A stretch of 45,713 bases of DNA from UHGV virus genome UHGV-0265688, one strand, 5' to 3'. The stretch comes from a virus. Numbering within the stretch: position 1 is the first letter of the stretch; the number at the start of each line of letters is the position of its first letter. The position numbers and the translations under genes were made by a program. The notes under the pieces were generated by a model that worked only from the letters and a program-made list of their open reading frames with translations, was not told the origin of the DNA and did not search any database. Shown piece after piece: positions 7,684 to 15,787 of this stretch.

Positions 7684-9196
7684 TAGAGAGCTTTTTGAAC
7701 TCCGCAACGGAAGGGTTATCATGGACGAAGACCTGTCCGAAAAAATGTATATCATCAAGTCATATCACCCTGAGAAAGCCGATGAAACCAGTTCCGGGTT
7801 TGAATGGTCGGAAATGGGCATGGCAAACCTGTTTGGTATGCTCTACAACCGGGAAGCCCGATACTGCACAGAGCATAAGAGCTGGTACACCTACTTCGAG
7901 GGCGCATGGCGCAAAGACGAGGGGGCAATCCTTGTCTCTGAGAAAATCAAGGACTTTGTGCGGCTGATGATTCTCTACTGCGGGGAGATCGTGGACGATG
8001 AAATCCGAAAAGCCTACACCTCTTTTGTGAACAAAATGGGTGACAGGCGCATGAGGGACAGAATACTCAAAGACGCTACAGGCGAGCTTCGTATCTCTGC
8101 CACTGAGTTTGACGCTGACCCATACCTTATAAACTGTCTGAACGGCACCTACTCCCTCCGGGATTTTTCTTTTCGGGAAGCTAAGTGGGACGATTTTCTC
8201 ACCATGCAGACCAATTTTCGTCACACTGTCCGCAGGGACATCAAGTGTGAACGGTGGGAGCAGTTTATTGACGAAGTTACACAGGGCGATAAGGACAAGG
8301 CCGATTTCCTACAACGCTCCCTTGGTTATTCTATCCTTGGTATGAGCAATGAGGAGTGTATGTTCATTCTTCATGGTAAAACGACCCGTAACGGAAAATC
8401 CACCTTGCTCAACACCATTGAAACCATGCTTGGTGATTACGCCAAGGTTGCACCTGTCGGTATGATCTGCCGGGGAGACAGGCAGAAGGACGCAGAAGCG
8501 GCTTCCCCTACCCTTGCTGGTCTAAAAGGCAAGCGGTTTGTTACCATGTCGGAAAGCAATGAGTACGGTAAACTGGACGAGGAGAAAATCAAGCATTTTA
8601 CAGGCGGTGAAGAAATTTCAGCTCGTGCGCTGTACCAGTCAGCAATCACTTTCAAACCGCAATTTACGCTCTGGCTTTCCTGTAACGACCTGCCCATGGT
8701 GACAGACAAGAGCTTGTTCGCTTCGGAGCGTATCAAGGTTATTGAGTTTAACCGGCACTTCTCCCCCGCCGAGCAGGACACGCACCTTAAAGACGAGCTT
8801 ACTTCTCAGGAAGCCATGAGCGGTATCTTCATGTGGCTGGTGCGTGGGTACATCAAGTACAAAGAGCATGGGCTTACCATGTCGGAGCCGCTAAGGTCTG
8901 TCGTGGCAAGGTATGAGCGAGACAATGACCTTGTGCTCCAATTCCTTGAAAACCGCTGTGTACGGGTTCCAGAGGAAGAATACAACCCGCTTGGTGAGAA
9001 GAATAAGTGGACAACTATCAGAGCCAAAGACCTCTACCAAGCGTTCAAAATATGGGCGAAATCCGAGGGTGCTTATGTACTCTCTGCAAGAAAATTCAAC
9101 TCTGAAATGGAGCGTCACCCTGAGTGGTTTGACCGCAAATCGACTTCCAGCGGTTTCGTAATCTATTGGGGCTTGAAGCTCAAGGAGATAGTGTGA
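7661..9196 (+). CDS. Phage/plasmid primase-helicase, P4/D5 family (D5_N plus SF3 P-loop NTPase)
   Basis: Walker A ILHGKTTRNGKST, Walker B-like VTMSES. Typical D5 C-terminal region. Start ambiguous (GTG 7661/7673 after GGAGGTG, or ATG 7721). Confidence 0.75.
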   Translation: MNAVVASDRELFELRNGRVIMDEDLSEKMYIIKSYHPEKADETSSGFEWSEMGMANLFGMLYNREARYCTEHKSWYTYFEGAWRKDEGAILVSEKIKDFVRLMILYCGEIVDDEIRKAYTSFVNKMGDRRMRDRILKDATGELRISATEFDADPYLINCLNGTYSLRDFSFREAKWDDFLTMQTNFRHTVRRDIKCERWEQFIDEVTQGDKDKADFLQRSLGYSILGMSNEECMFILHGKTTRNGKSTLLNTIETMLGDYAKVAPVGMICRGDRQKDAEAASPTLAGLKGKRFVTMSESNEYGKLDEEKIKHFTGGEEISARALYQSAITFKPQFTLWLSCNDLPMVTDKSLFASERIKVIEFNRHFSPAEQDTHLKDELTSQEAMSGIFMWLVRGYIKYKEHGLTMSEPLRSVVARYERDNDLVLQFLENRCVRVPEEEYNPLGEKNKWTTIRAKDLYQAFKIWAKSEGAYVLSARKFNSEMERHPEWFDRKSTSSGFVIYWGLKLKEIV

Positions 9197-9197
9197 T

Positions 9198-9368
9198 ATG
9201 GAAAATGAGTGCATGATGTGCGACTTTAATGACCCTGACTTCGGCTGTACCTGCCCTTCTTCCGAAATGTGGTACGCTTGCCTTCTTACTCCTGACCCGT
9301 CACCAGAAGATTTTATGACAGAGGAGGATTTTAGCAATGGCACGATACTTCAAACTGATCGAAATTGA
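9198..9368 (+). CDS. 56-aa Cys-rich small protein
   Basis: ATG 9198 overlaps the upstream stop. MENECMMCDFNDPDFGCTCPSS. Below the ORF-track cutoff. Confidence 0.3.
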   Translation: MENECMMCDFNDPDFGCTCPSSEMWYACLLTPDPSPEDFMTEEDFSNGTILQTDRN

Positions 9369-9534
9369 CCGTGATAGTTTTATCGAAGCCACTGGCGAAG
9401 ACTTGGATTGTTATTCTCAGTTGGTTGTTCCTGTAGATGGGTTGGTATATGGCGCAGTCGATGATACCGATGAAGAAGAACTCGCTGTTCCATTGTACAC
9501 TTTTGACACCGCAGTCAACGGCGAGGAGGATTGA
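9337..9534 (+). CDS. small acidic hypothetical protein
   Basis: RBS AGAGGAGGATTTTAGCA then ATG. Confidence 0.4.
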   Translation: MARYFKLIEIDRDSFIEATGEDLDCYSQLVVPVDGLVYGAVDDTDEEELAVPLYTFDTAVNGEED

Positions 9535-9536
9535 TT

Positions 9537-9740
9537 ATGAACGCAAGCTGTATTGACGAAAACGCTAAGTTCAAGCTCTGCCCTTATCGTGTCTACACCG
9601 AAGAACACCCACCTATTCTGCGTGGGAACGGGGCGATCACTACTCAGCAGTTTTATCCCTGTTTGGGAGAAGCGTGTGTTGCGTATCATGTGGGTGTTTG
9701 TCTTAGACTGTCAAAGCGTGTGAAGGAGGTATCGAAATGA
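9537..9740 (+). CDS. small Cys-rich hypothetical protein
   Basis: RBS GAGGAGGATTGATT then ATG 9537. Confidence 0.35.
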   Translation: MNASCIDENAKFKLCPYRVYTEEHPPILRGNGAITTQQFYPCLGEACVAYHVGVCLRLSKRVKEVSK

Positions 9741-9997
9741 AAATCAAAGTTGAGCATGAAGTTTCTCCCGAAAAAGAAACTTGCACTCACGATGGAGACT
9801 TTTGGGGAAAGAGCGTTTGTCGGTATCATACCCACAAGGATAGAACGCATGGTAGAAAGGCTCCTATTGAGCGACACCTGCCCAAATGTACACTGTTTGA
9901 CTGCTGGCTCGAAAAAGATTATATGAAATGCGAAGCCTGTAAAAAGGCGTGTGATAAAGCCGAAGGAGAGAAAGATGTTTGCGATACAAAATATTAA
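9737..9997 (+). CDS. small Cys/His-rich hypothetical protein (putative zinc-binding)
   Basis: RBS GAAGGAGGTATCGAA then ATG. Many C/H residues. Confidence 0.4.
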   Translation: MKIKVEHEVSPEKETCTHDGDFWGKSVCRYHTHKDRTHGRKAPIERHLPKCTLFDCWLEKDYMKCEACKKACDKAEGEKDVCDTKY

Positions 9998-10241
9998 GAC
10001 AGGTAAGTTTGTGTATGGCACAGACTATCGGTATTTCCCTCGACACCAGCGCACAAGCAGAACTCAAATGCGCACATACAACTGTTTGAATCTTGCACGA
10101 GCCGACTTTATCTCTCGTGGGTGTGGTAACGATTACCGCATTGTATGTCTCAAGAGCGTGGAGGTCGAACGAGTGATCGAGTTTGATTCTCCCGATGGAT
10201 ATGAGCTACAAAATGGTGATTGGGGGTCGGACGATGAATGA
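9975..10241 (+). CDS. hypothetical protein
   Basis: ATG 9975 after GAAGGAGAGAAAG. The track's ATG 9951 has no RBS. Confidence 0.35.
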   Translation: MFAIQNIKTGKFVYGTDYRYFPRHQRTSRTQMRTYNCLNLARADFISRGCGNDYRIVCLKSVEVERVIEFDSPDGYELQNGDWGSDDE

Positions 10242-10457
10242 CCTTTTAGGACTGATTGCAGACATCAATCCAACCGAAATTGCGGCACATATCGCAGACG
10301 GAAATCTCGCTGAATGGTGTGAGACTTGGCGGCAGGTAGCGACTGTTGCGGCTGAAAACCTCAAACAATCCGAATAGGATTGAAAAATAATCAAAAACGA
10401 CATTTAGGAAGTAGTCTGGAATGGATTGTCATTTGTCTTTTTGAGAGGTTATGGATG

Positions 10458-10563
10458 AAGTAGTTAAAGTAGTTCAAATCTTGAATTTGCGTAAAAGTCC
10501 TCTATAAGGGGGTCTATATAGTAAAAGTTTACGCAAAAACCGATTTTTAACTACTTTAACTAC
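10458..10563. repeat. Copy A of a ~110-bp palindromic element. Terminal inverted repeats AAGTAGTTAAAGTAGTT / AACTACTTTAACTAC. Inner inverted repeat TTTGCGTAAAAGT / ACTTTTACGCAAAAA around a TATA-rich centre.
   Basis: Near-identical terminal repeats recur at 15009-15117 and 37783-37891. A and C also share the flanking ATAAGAAnAAGAAGAA. Contains a plausible TTGAAT-N16-TATAAG promoter. Confidence 0.7.
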
Positions 10564-10633
10564 GCAATAAGAATAAGAAGAAAGAGGACTCTTTCGGCTC
10601 GAAAAGAGGACTCTCAGAGGAGGTAAAACGACT

Positions 10634-11236
10634 ATGGCAGTGAAGAAAAACGCCGATGGTGAGAACAAGCCGCAGGTGATTAAGAAGAAGCCGAGGGGCG
10701 GTAACTCCCCTGTGATTGGTATGAATGGGTACGATTTAGAGCCGGGTGATAATACGAAGTATTTGCAAAACTCCATGCACCTGATGAACTTACCCGACAT
10801 TGATTTGCATGATGTGGAGCAAGTGACAAATCGACTGAATGAGTATTTTGAGTTCATGGCTTCCAGTGATATGAAACCTACGGTTTCTGGTATGGCATTG
10901 GCGTTGAACGGTATGAGCAGACGGACTTTGATTGCTATTGTGAACGACTATGCCACTGGTGGGTCTGGATATAAGACTGCGTTGCCGCAGGAAGTGGCAC
11001 TCGTTATTAAAAAAGCCTACAGAATTATGGAGGTTCTGTGGGAGAACTACTCTCAAAACGGCAAGATCAATCCCGTCATGGGTATCTTCCTCGGCAAGAA
11101 CAACTATGGCTATCAGGACAAGACCGAATATGTTGTCACTCCGAATGTTCAGCAGGACAACGACTATGACCCCGACTCTATCAGACAGCGATACCTTATC
11201 GACTCTGACAGCGACTCCGACTCTGACAGCGACTAA
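10634..11236 (+). CDS. terS: Terminase small subunit (Terminase_2 family) with C-terminal (SD)n tail
   Basis: RBS AGAGGAGGTAAAACGACT then ATG. HTH segment SGMALALNGMSRRTLIAIVNDY. PVMGIFLGKNNYGYQDKTEYVV matches the TerS hallmark (..IFLLKNNFGY.DK). DSDSDSDSDSD tail from an 18-bp tandem repeat at 11202-11234. Confidence 0.75.
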   Translation: MAVKKNADGENKPQVIKKKPRGGNSPVIGMNGYDLEPGDNTKYLQNSMHLMNLPDIDLHDVEQVTNRLNEYFEFMASSDMKPTVSGMALALNGMSRRTLIAIVNDYATGGSGYKTALPQEVALVIKKAYRIMEVLWENYSQNGKINPVMGIFLGKNNYGYQDKTEYVVTPNVQQDNDYDPDSIRQRYLIDSDSDSDSDSD

Positions 11237-11251
11237 CGACTATCGACTATG

Positions 11252-11306
11252 AAACCGCCGCTCGTATTCTCTGGTTTCCACCGGGGAAAAGCGGCGGTTT
11301 TTCTAT
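11252..11306 (+). terminator. rho-independent terminator after terS
   Basis: AAACCGCCGCT ... AGCGGCGGTTTTTCTATT stem-loop with T tract. Confidence 0.6.
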
Positions 11307-11432
11307 TGGCGGCAGATCGTCCCCCGGTGGAAGTGGAGCCGGTGGAGCGTTGGCGGGTTTTTGGTTTTTCCCTATATAATGTATAGGAGACAATAAACAA
11401 TCCAAAAAAGATAAAATTTTTCTGAAAACCTC

Positions 11433-11461
11433 TTGACAATTCGGAAAAGCTGAATTATACT
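11433..11461 (+). promoter_or_regulatory. sigma70-type promoter TTGACA-N17-TATACT for the cargo operon
   Basis: TTGACA 11433-11438, 17-nt spacer, TATACT 11456-11461. Flanked by AAACAATCC(A/G)AAAAAGAT direct repeats. Homologous to the 5890-5995 promoter region. Confidence 0.55.
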
Positions 11462-11516
11462 ATAATCACAACAGGACAACAAACAATCCGAAAAAGATTG
11501 AACGGAGGTTTTCAAA

Positions 11517-11747
11517 ATGAGAAAATACGAATTGATCCCGGCAGACGGTAGAAAAAGCTTTTACGGGAAAGCGGTTGTAATTGTGGAGGACAACGGGACA
11601 GAAACGCTATACAGCTACGGAACGCCCATTATTAAAAGGCTTGTTTCCGGGGAATTAGTCAAGCTGTGGAGCGATTGGACAGCAACGACAGGCCGACACA
11701 TTAAAGCGTTTTGCGGATTGAGCAAAGCGGAATATATGAGCTTGTAA
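11517..11747 (+). CDS. hypothetical protein
   Basis: RBS AACGGAGGTTTTCAAA then ATG. Composition shifts here (GGG, CGG, CCG codons, A-runs). Confidence 0.45.
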   Translation: MRKYELIPADGRKSFYGKAVVIVEDNGTETLYSYGTPIIKRLVSGELVKLWSDWTATTGRHIKAFCGLSKAEYMSL

Positions 11748-11762
11748 GAGGAGGTAAAAGAA

Positions 11763-12296
11763 ATGTATATCAGCAGAGAAAACGAAAAATTATACTTGCG
11801 TCCGCTTGATTTCAATGTGTGTCGTATTATGACACAATTAGCGGAGATCGTAAAAAACAACGGCGGCAAAGTAAAGCCCATTAGAAACGCCCTTGTGTGT
11901 GATAGGAATTTAGAAAATTCTGAATTTGTGCAAGTGACCCACACAACATATATTACTTTTGTTTGTGATGAAATCGCCTACTATTTTCAAGTTGATCAAA
12001 ACCCGTTTTTCCCGTTCTACTACACCAAGACGCCCGTTAGAAATGGGAAATTTTCAAAAGACGCTTGTCTTGATGAATTTACTAAAAAATGGCTATTTGA
12101 TTGCCTTTTTAGATCAGAAGTACCAGACGCAATTATTAAACAGGCGGCGCAGATTATTTTTGAAGAGCTTATAAAAGCACGATTTTCTATAATTCGCCGG
12201 GATAGTCACCGGGAAAAAGTCGCTAATACATTTTCCCCCGGTTGGCATTGGGAAACGGTGCAAGCACCCGAACGAATGGAAAAAGTAGATTTTTAA
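11763..12296 (+). CDS. hypothetical protein
   Basis: RBS AGAGGAGGTAAAAGAA then ATG. Confidence 0.45.
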   Translation: MYISRENEKLYLRPLDFNVCRIMTQLAEIVKNNGGKVKPIRNALVCDRNLENSEFVQVTHTTYITFVCDEIAYYFQVDQNPFFPFYYTKTPVRNGKFSKDACLDEFTKKWLFDCLFRSEVPDAIIKQAAQIIFEELIKARFSIIRRDSHREKVANTFSPGWHWETVQAPERMEKVDF

Positions 12297-12309
12297 GGGG
12301 GTGCAATAA

Positions 12310-12666
12310 ATGAGGGCTTACACCTTTACTGAAAACGGCTACACATTCAAGCGGATAAACAAGAAACAGGCAAGGCAGGCATATAGCAACGGTTTAACGG
12401 TTCGCTTTTGTCCTTGCAATTTGCGCCCCGGTTCCCCGTTTCGGCTTGATATGGATATAAACAAAATCAATCAGAATTGCGCCGGGGAAACATTCGATAG
12501 CATTGTAAATGCTTTTGAGCAATATAACTGCCGGGACAGTGAAACGGGAAAATATACCGCCTTTTATATACCGGTTGAGACGGTGGACAGGTTCACCGGG
12601 GAAACGCCCACGGCGGGAACATTGGGAACGGTGGAGCAATACGCATATAGCTATATGGAGGGTTAA
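12310..12666 (+). CDS. hypothetical protein
   Basis: RBS AAGGGGGTGCAATAA then ATG. Confidence 0.4.
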   Translation: MRAYTFTENGYTFKRINKKQARQAYSNGLTVRFCPCNLRPGSPFRLDMDINKINQNCAGETFDSIVNAFEQYNCRDSETGKYTAFYIPVETVDRFTGETPTAGTLGTVEQYAYSYMEG

Positions 12667-12669
12667 AAA

Positions 12670-13191
12670 ATGGGTGCAGTGAATTACTTTACAAGCGATT
12701 ATATAACAATGGGCTTGCGTCCTTATGATTCGTTGGAGCTTGAAAACGATTTGGAGTTTATGGAGGAAATGCAAACGCAAGTAAACGAGTACGGCGGCAC
12801 GATTGAAAACGCCATAGCGGAATACATAGAAGATTACTATAACTGCGATTATGAGAACATCAAAACAGAATTAGGCAAGCACAATTTCCATTACTACCAC
12901 ATTACCATAAAGCCGGGATATTATGAGGGCTTTACACTGGATATTGAAAATAATTTCCCGGTTGCGCTGGACAGTTGGGAGGATCGCCGGGACGCAAACA
13001 AGGAAATAACAGAAATAAAGCAATTTTTAATTGCCTGTGCCGGTTTGGGTTTGGTTGAGTGTTCGCCGGGTTGGTGTACAGGCTATAGCGATTACAACGG
13101 CACAATTAAGGCAATCAAAGCGGCAGTAAAGGAAATGCGGGACGAAATGCGCACTATTCCCACATGGGCGCAATATAACCGGGCCTGCTAA
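12670..13191 (+). CDS. hypothetical acidic protein (possible DNA-mimic / anti-restriction-like, unverified)
   Basis: ORF with ATGGAGGGTTAAAAA then ATG. Strongly acidic N-terminal half. No motif recognised confidently. Confidence 0.4.
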   Translation: MGAVNYFTSDYITMGLRPYDSLELENDLEFMEEMQTQVNEYGGTIENAIAEYIEDYYNCDYENIKTELGKHNFHYYHITIKPGYYEGFTLDIENNFPVALDSWEDRRDANKEITEIKQFLIACAGLGLVECSPGWCTGYSDYNGTIKAIKAAVKEMRDEMRTIPTWAQYNRAC

Positions 13192-13208
13192 AAATGGAGG
13201 GTTTGACA

Positions 13209-13502
13209 ATGACAAATTACAATCAGATTGCAACAGACAATCTAAACGCACTTATGAAAGAAATTGCAGAATATACCCGGATGGCTGAGGAGATCGGCGC
13301 AACGCTTGACGGGTTGACAGACAAACTAAAAAAGCACATGGAGGAAAACGGGCTTGAAAGTATCGCCGGGAATGAACACAAGGCCAGTTATAAAGCCGTG
13401 ACAAGTTCCCGAATTGATACAACGGCATTAAAGCGGGATATGCCCGATATTGCCGCAACATATACCAAAACGACAGTTACAAAACGCTTTAGATTCGTGT
13501 AA
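13209..13502 (+). CDS. hypothetical protein
   Basis: ATG 13209 after AATGGAGGGTTTGACA. The track's ATG 13194 is an alternative start. Confidence 0.4.
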   Translation: MTNYNQIATDNLNALMKEIAEYTRMAEEIGATLDGLTDKLKKHMEENGLESIAGNEHKASYKAVTSSRIDTTALKRDMPDIAATYTKTTVTKRFRFV

Positions 13503-13592
13503 GGGGGTTGTTAAAATGGGGCTTGTAATTTTGCTTGTGTTTCCGTTTATGCTGATGGCTGAAATTCTGAAAAGAAATAAATAATACATATA

Positions 13593-13668
13593 CCCCGCCC
13601 AATATAGGCGGGGTTTTTCTACGCCCTCTATAATCGGCCTGTAATGCCCTGTAGAGGGCTTTTTTATT
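13593..13668 (+). terminator. two tandem rho-independent terminators ending the cargo operon
   Basis: CCCCGCCCaatataGGCGGGGTTTTTCT followed by GCCCTCTAtaatcggcctgtaatgccctgTAGAGGGCTTTTTTATT. Confidence 0.65.
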
Positions 13669-13689
13669 ATGGGGGGTGTTCCTATACCC

Positions 13690-13960
13690 GGCTATTATAT
13701 GGGCTTGTGTGGCTTGCTATGGGCTTATATACAAGGGCTTTATATAAGGGGCTTTATATTGTGATCGTTGCTTTATTGTGTGGGCTTGTTATGTTGTGCG
13801 CCTGTGTTCTTGCGTTTCTCTATTATGTTCTTGTGTTATGGGCTTGTGTGTTGTGTTCCTGTGTGCGCTATGGGATAATATAGCGGCTTGCGCTGTCCTG
13901 CATTGTGGGCGGCTTGTTTGGTGTCGTTGGGGTGTCCTCTATTGGGTATTATGATAATGC
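13690..13960. repeat. GT-rich noncoding region with about 7 iteron-like copies of (T)ATGGGCTT(GTGTG/ATATA). Candidate origin or recombinase/terminase binding array.
   Basis: TATGGGCTTGTGTGG, CTATGGGCTTATATA, GGGCTTTATATAA x2, GTGTGGGCTTGTTATG, TTATGGGCTTGTGTG, CTATGGGATAATATAG. The ORFs predicted here (13644-13883, 13888-14139) are low-complexity artefacts. Confidence 0.5.
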
Positions 13961-14164
13961 TATTTTTAGAATTATGTTTTTCTGTTTTGATAGTGCTATC
14001 AAATGGGCGGGGGTTCAATGATAGTGGAGCGGATAGCCCCGGAGGGCATACCCCCGGAGGGGGACAGCGACCCGCCGCACGAGCCGCAGGGAGTGGCTTG
14101 AGTAGCCGAAAAATCGAAAAAGAAACAAAAAGGATATAAAGTTATCTTATAAGTATTGACAACA

Positions 14165-14193
14165 CACTCTGTTATATGATAATATTATCTCAC
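14165..14193 (+). promoter_or_regulatory. sigma70-type promoter TTGACA-N17-ATAATA for the HTH-recombinase pair
   Basis: TTGACA 14165-14170, 17-nt spacer, ATAATA 14188-14193. RBS AAGGAGGA follows. Confidence 0.5.
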
Positions 14194-14215
14194 AAAGATA
14201 AAGGAGGATTTTTCG

Positions 14216-14431
14216 ATGGCAGTTTTGAACGATATTGAAATTGATGTGAAGACCCTGTGTGTGCAGAACCGCACCACTCAGGAGCAAATCGCAAAGGCTG
14301 TTGGCACAACGGGTCAGTATGTCAACCGGGTCATTCACAAAGAGGACGGTCTTATCAATCGCACCTTCATCAACATCATGGAAGCTCTTGGTTACGACAT
14401 CAAACTGACTTATGTTCCACGAGAACCGTAA
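14216..14431 (+). CDS. XRE-family helix-turn-helix DNA-binding protein
   Basis: RBS AAAGGAGGATTTTTCG then ATG. HTH-like TTQEQIAKAVGTTGQYVNRV. Confidence 0.5.
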   Translation: MAVLNDIEIDVKTLCVQNRTTQEQIAKAVGTTGQYVNRVIHKEDGLINRTFINIMEALGYDIKLTYVPREP

Positions 14432-14437
14432 CAGGAG

Positions 14438-15019
14438 GTGAGCCACATGAAGGTGGGGTATGTGCGGGTGAGCACCGTTGAGCAAAACCTTGCCCGGCAG
14501 TTGGAGCTGATGAAGACCCTCGGTGTGGAGAAAATCTACTGTGATAAAATGAGTGGGAAAAACACTGAGCGCACTGAGTTTAAGGAAATGATGGAGTTCC
14601 TGCGGGAGGGTGACACCCTGTATGTGGAGTCCTTCTCCCGGCTTTCCAGAAGCACCCTCGACTTCTTAAACACTGTGAGCAAGTTACAGGCCAAGAGCGT
14701 GAATCTTGTGTCCGACAAGGAAAAGATGGATATGTCCACTCCGCAAGGTAAGTTCATGGTGACGGTGTTTGCCGCACTCTCCGAGCTGGAACGAACCAGT
14801 ATGCTTGAGAGACAGCGGGAGGGAATTGAGATTGCCAAGGCCGAGGGGAAATACAAAGGGCGAAAACCCATTCCCGCCAATGAAAAGTTCTTTGCGGTGG
14901 CAAATGCTTGGGCGGGAGGTAAGATCGCTCTCAAAGACGCAATCCGGGAGTCTGGTATGTCCTCCTCCACTTTCTTTCGCAAATGTAAGCAGTATGAAAT
15001 CAGCAAAAGAAGTAGTTAA
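14438..15019 (+). CDS. Small serine recombinase (resolvase/invertase family, N-terminal catalytic domain plus C-terminal HTH)
   Basis: RBS CAGGAGGTGAGCCAC then ATG. VGYVRVSTVEQ catalytic-Ser motif, SRLSRS, C-terminal HTH. Its TAA stop lies inside the terminal repeat of element B. Confidence 0.75.
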   Translation: MSHMKVGYVRVSTVEQNLARQLELMKTLGVEKIYCDKMSGKNTERTEFKEMMEFLREGDTLYVESFSRLSRSTLDFLNTVSKLQAKSVNLVSDKEKMDMSTPQGKFMVTVFAALSELERTSMLERQREGIEIAKAEGKYKGRKPIPANEKFFAVANAWAGGKIALKDAIRESGMSSSTFFRKCKQYEISKRSS

Positions 15020-15117
15020 AGTAGCGGAAAATCAGGTTTTGCGTGTAACTTCCTCTTAGTATGTGCATATATAGCAAAAGTTTACGGAAAAATTGAAAAA
15101 CAACTACTTTAACTACT
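15009..15117. repeat. Copy B of the ~110-bp palindromic element (GAAGTAGTTAAAGTAG ... AACTACTTTAACTACTT)
   Basis: Same 15-17-bp terminal inverted repeats and inner TTTGCGT / ACGGAAAAA arms as copies A and C. Interior more diverged. Overlaps the recombinase stop codon. Confidence 0.7.
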
Positions 15118-15135
15118 TGATGGGAGGGAAACGCC

Positions 15136-15711
15136 ATGGGGCGATACGATAATTTTCACAACACCAAGAATATTGAAAAGGCGCAGAAAAAGCTCGACAA
15201 GCTCATGAGCAAGCGAAAGCCCGACCAGTATCAAATTGATCTGGCAAGGGAAGCTCTCGACAATGCGAAATTGTTTGAAAGCTGTCAGATTTTTAAGAGC
15301 TTCAACGGTCGTGCGCCGAATGAGAACATCATGTTTAGTGACGATAACCGAGTGATATGGTTCATCAAGTATCTCATTCCCTATGACGAAATCACTTCGT
15401 ATTCTATCGTGGAGAATGTGGTACAAAAAGCTCAAACCCAGACCAAGAGCAAAGGCGTTATCTCACGAGCTATCATCGGAGGAGCGATTGCAGGTGGGGT
15501 TGGTGCGGTCGTTGGGGCGGCTTCTGCGGGGTCACAGTCTCAAACAACCTACTACACCGAGGGCGAAGGATTCTTCCTGCAAATTTTCACCAAGGGCGGA
15601 GACCGATATAGCTGTCATATCGAAAGTGACGGTTTTATTTCAAACAAAGTACACCCGAAATGGCTTGAGCTTGGAACGAAGTTGCAATCCATCATTGACG
15701 GGAAGGTGTAA
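15136..15711 (+). CDS. hypothetical protein with Gly/Ala-rich hydrophobic segment (AIIGGAIAGGVGAVVGAASAG)
   Basis: RBS GGGAGGGAAACGCC then ATG. Sits between element B and terL. Confidence 0.45.
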   Translation: MGRYDNFHNTKNIEKAQKKLDKLMSKRKPDQYQIDLAREALDNAKLFESCQIFKSFNGRAPNENIMFSDDNRVIWFIKYLIPYDEITSYSIVENVVQKAQTQTKSKGVISRAIIGGAIAGGVGAVVGAASAGSQSQTTYYTEGEGFFLQIFTKGGDRYSCHIESDGFISNKVHPKWLELGTKLQSIIDGKV

Positions 15712-15723
15712 AATTGATTTAGA

Positions 15724-15777
15724 ATGGCGCATGATTGCGAGAGCGTAATGCTCAAACGGTCAAGCGCCATTTTCTTT
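15724..15777 (+). promoter_or_regulatory. Leader hairpin R1 upstream of terL: TGGCGCatgattgcgag...caaGCGCCA then TTTTCTTTT (terminator/attenuator-like)
   Basis: Shares the 16-nt core GGCGCATGATTGCGAG and the upstream AAAATT..T.GA context with the hairpin at 17541-17600. Confidence 0.5.
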
Positions 15778-15787
15778 TGGAGGTATT

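Larger units (their letters stand above)
10458..15117. other. Cassette bounded by palindromic elements A and B: terS, a 2.7-kb compositionally foreign cargo operon, iteron-like array, HTH and resolvase-type serine recombinase
   Basis: Two same-family repeats 4.55 kb apart. GATG immediately flanks A-left and B-right. Recombinase abuts B. Mobility or invertibility is inferred, not shown. Confidence 0.3.

Noticed and set aside
7680-8224. ORFs 7680-7967 (+) and 7760-8224 (-) within the primase-helicase gene
   Set aside because: Alternative-frame or antisense ORFs inside a well-supported 511-aa gene. No independent signals.
13690-14110. Possible CRISPR array
   Set aside because: Repeats are short (8-12 bp), irregularly spaced and overlapping, with no constant repeat-spacer periodicity.
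13644-14139. ORFs 13644-13883 and 13888-14139 (+) and 13836-14018 (-) predicted in the GT-rich repeat array
   Set aside because: Translations are Cys/Leu/Val low-complexity driven by the repeat. They directly follow two terminators, and have no RBS. Treated as a noncoding repeat or iteron region.
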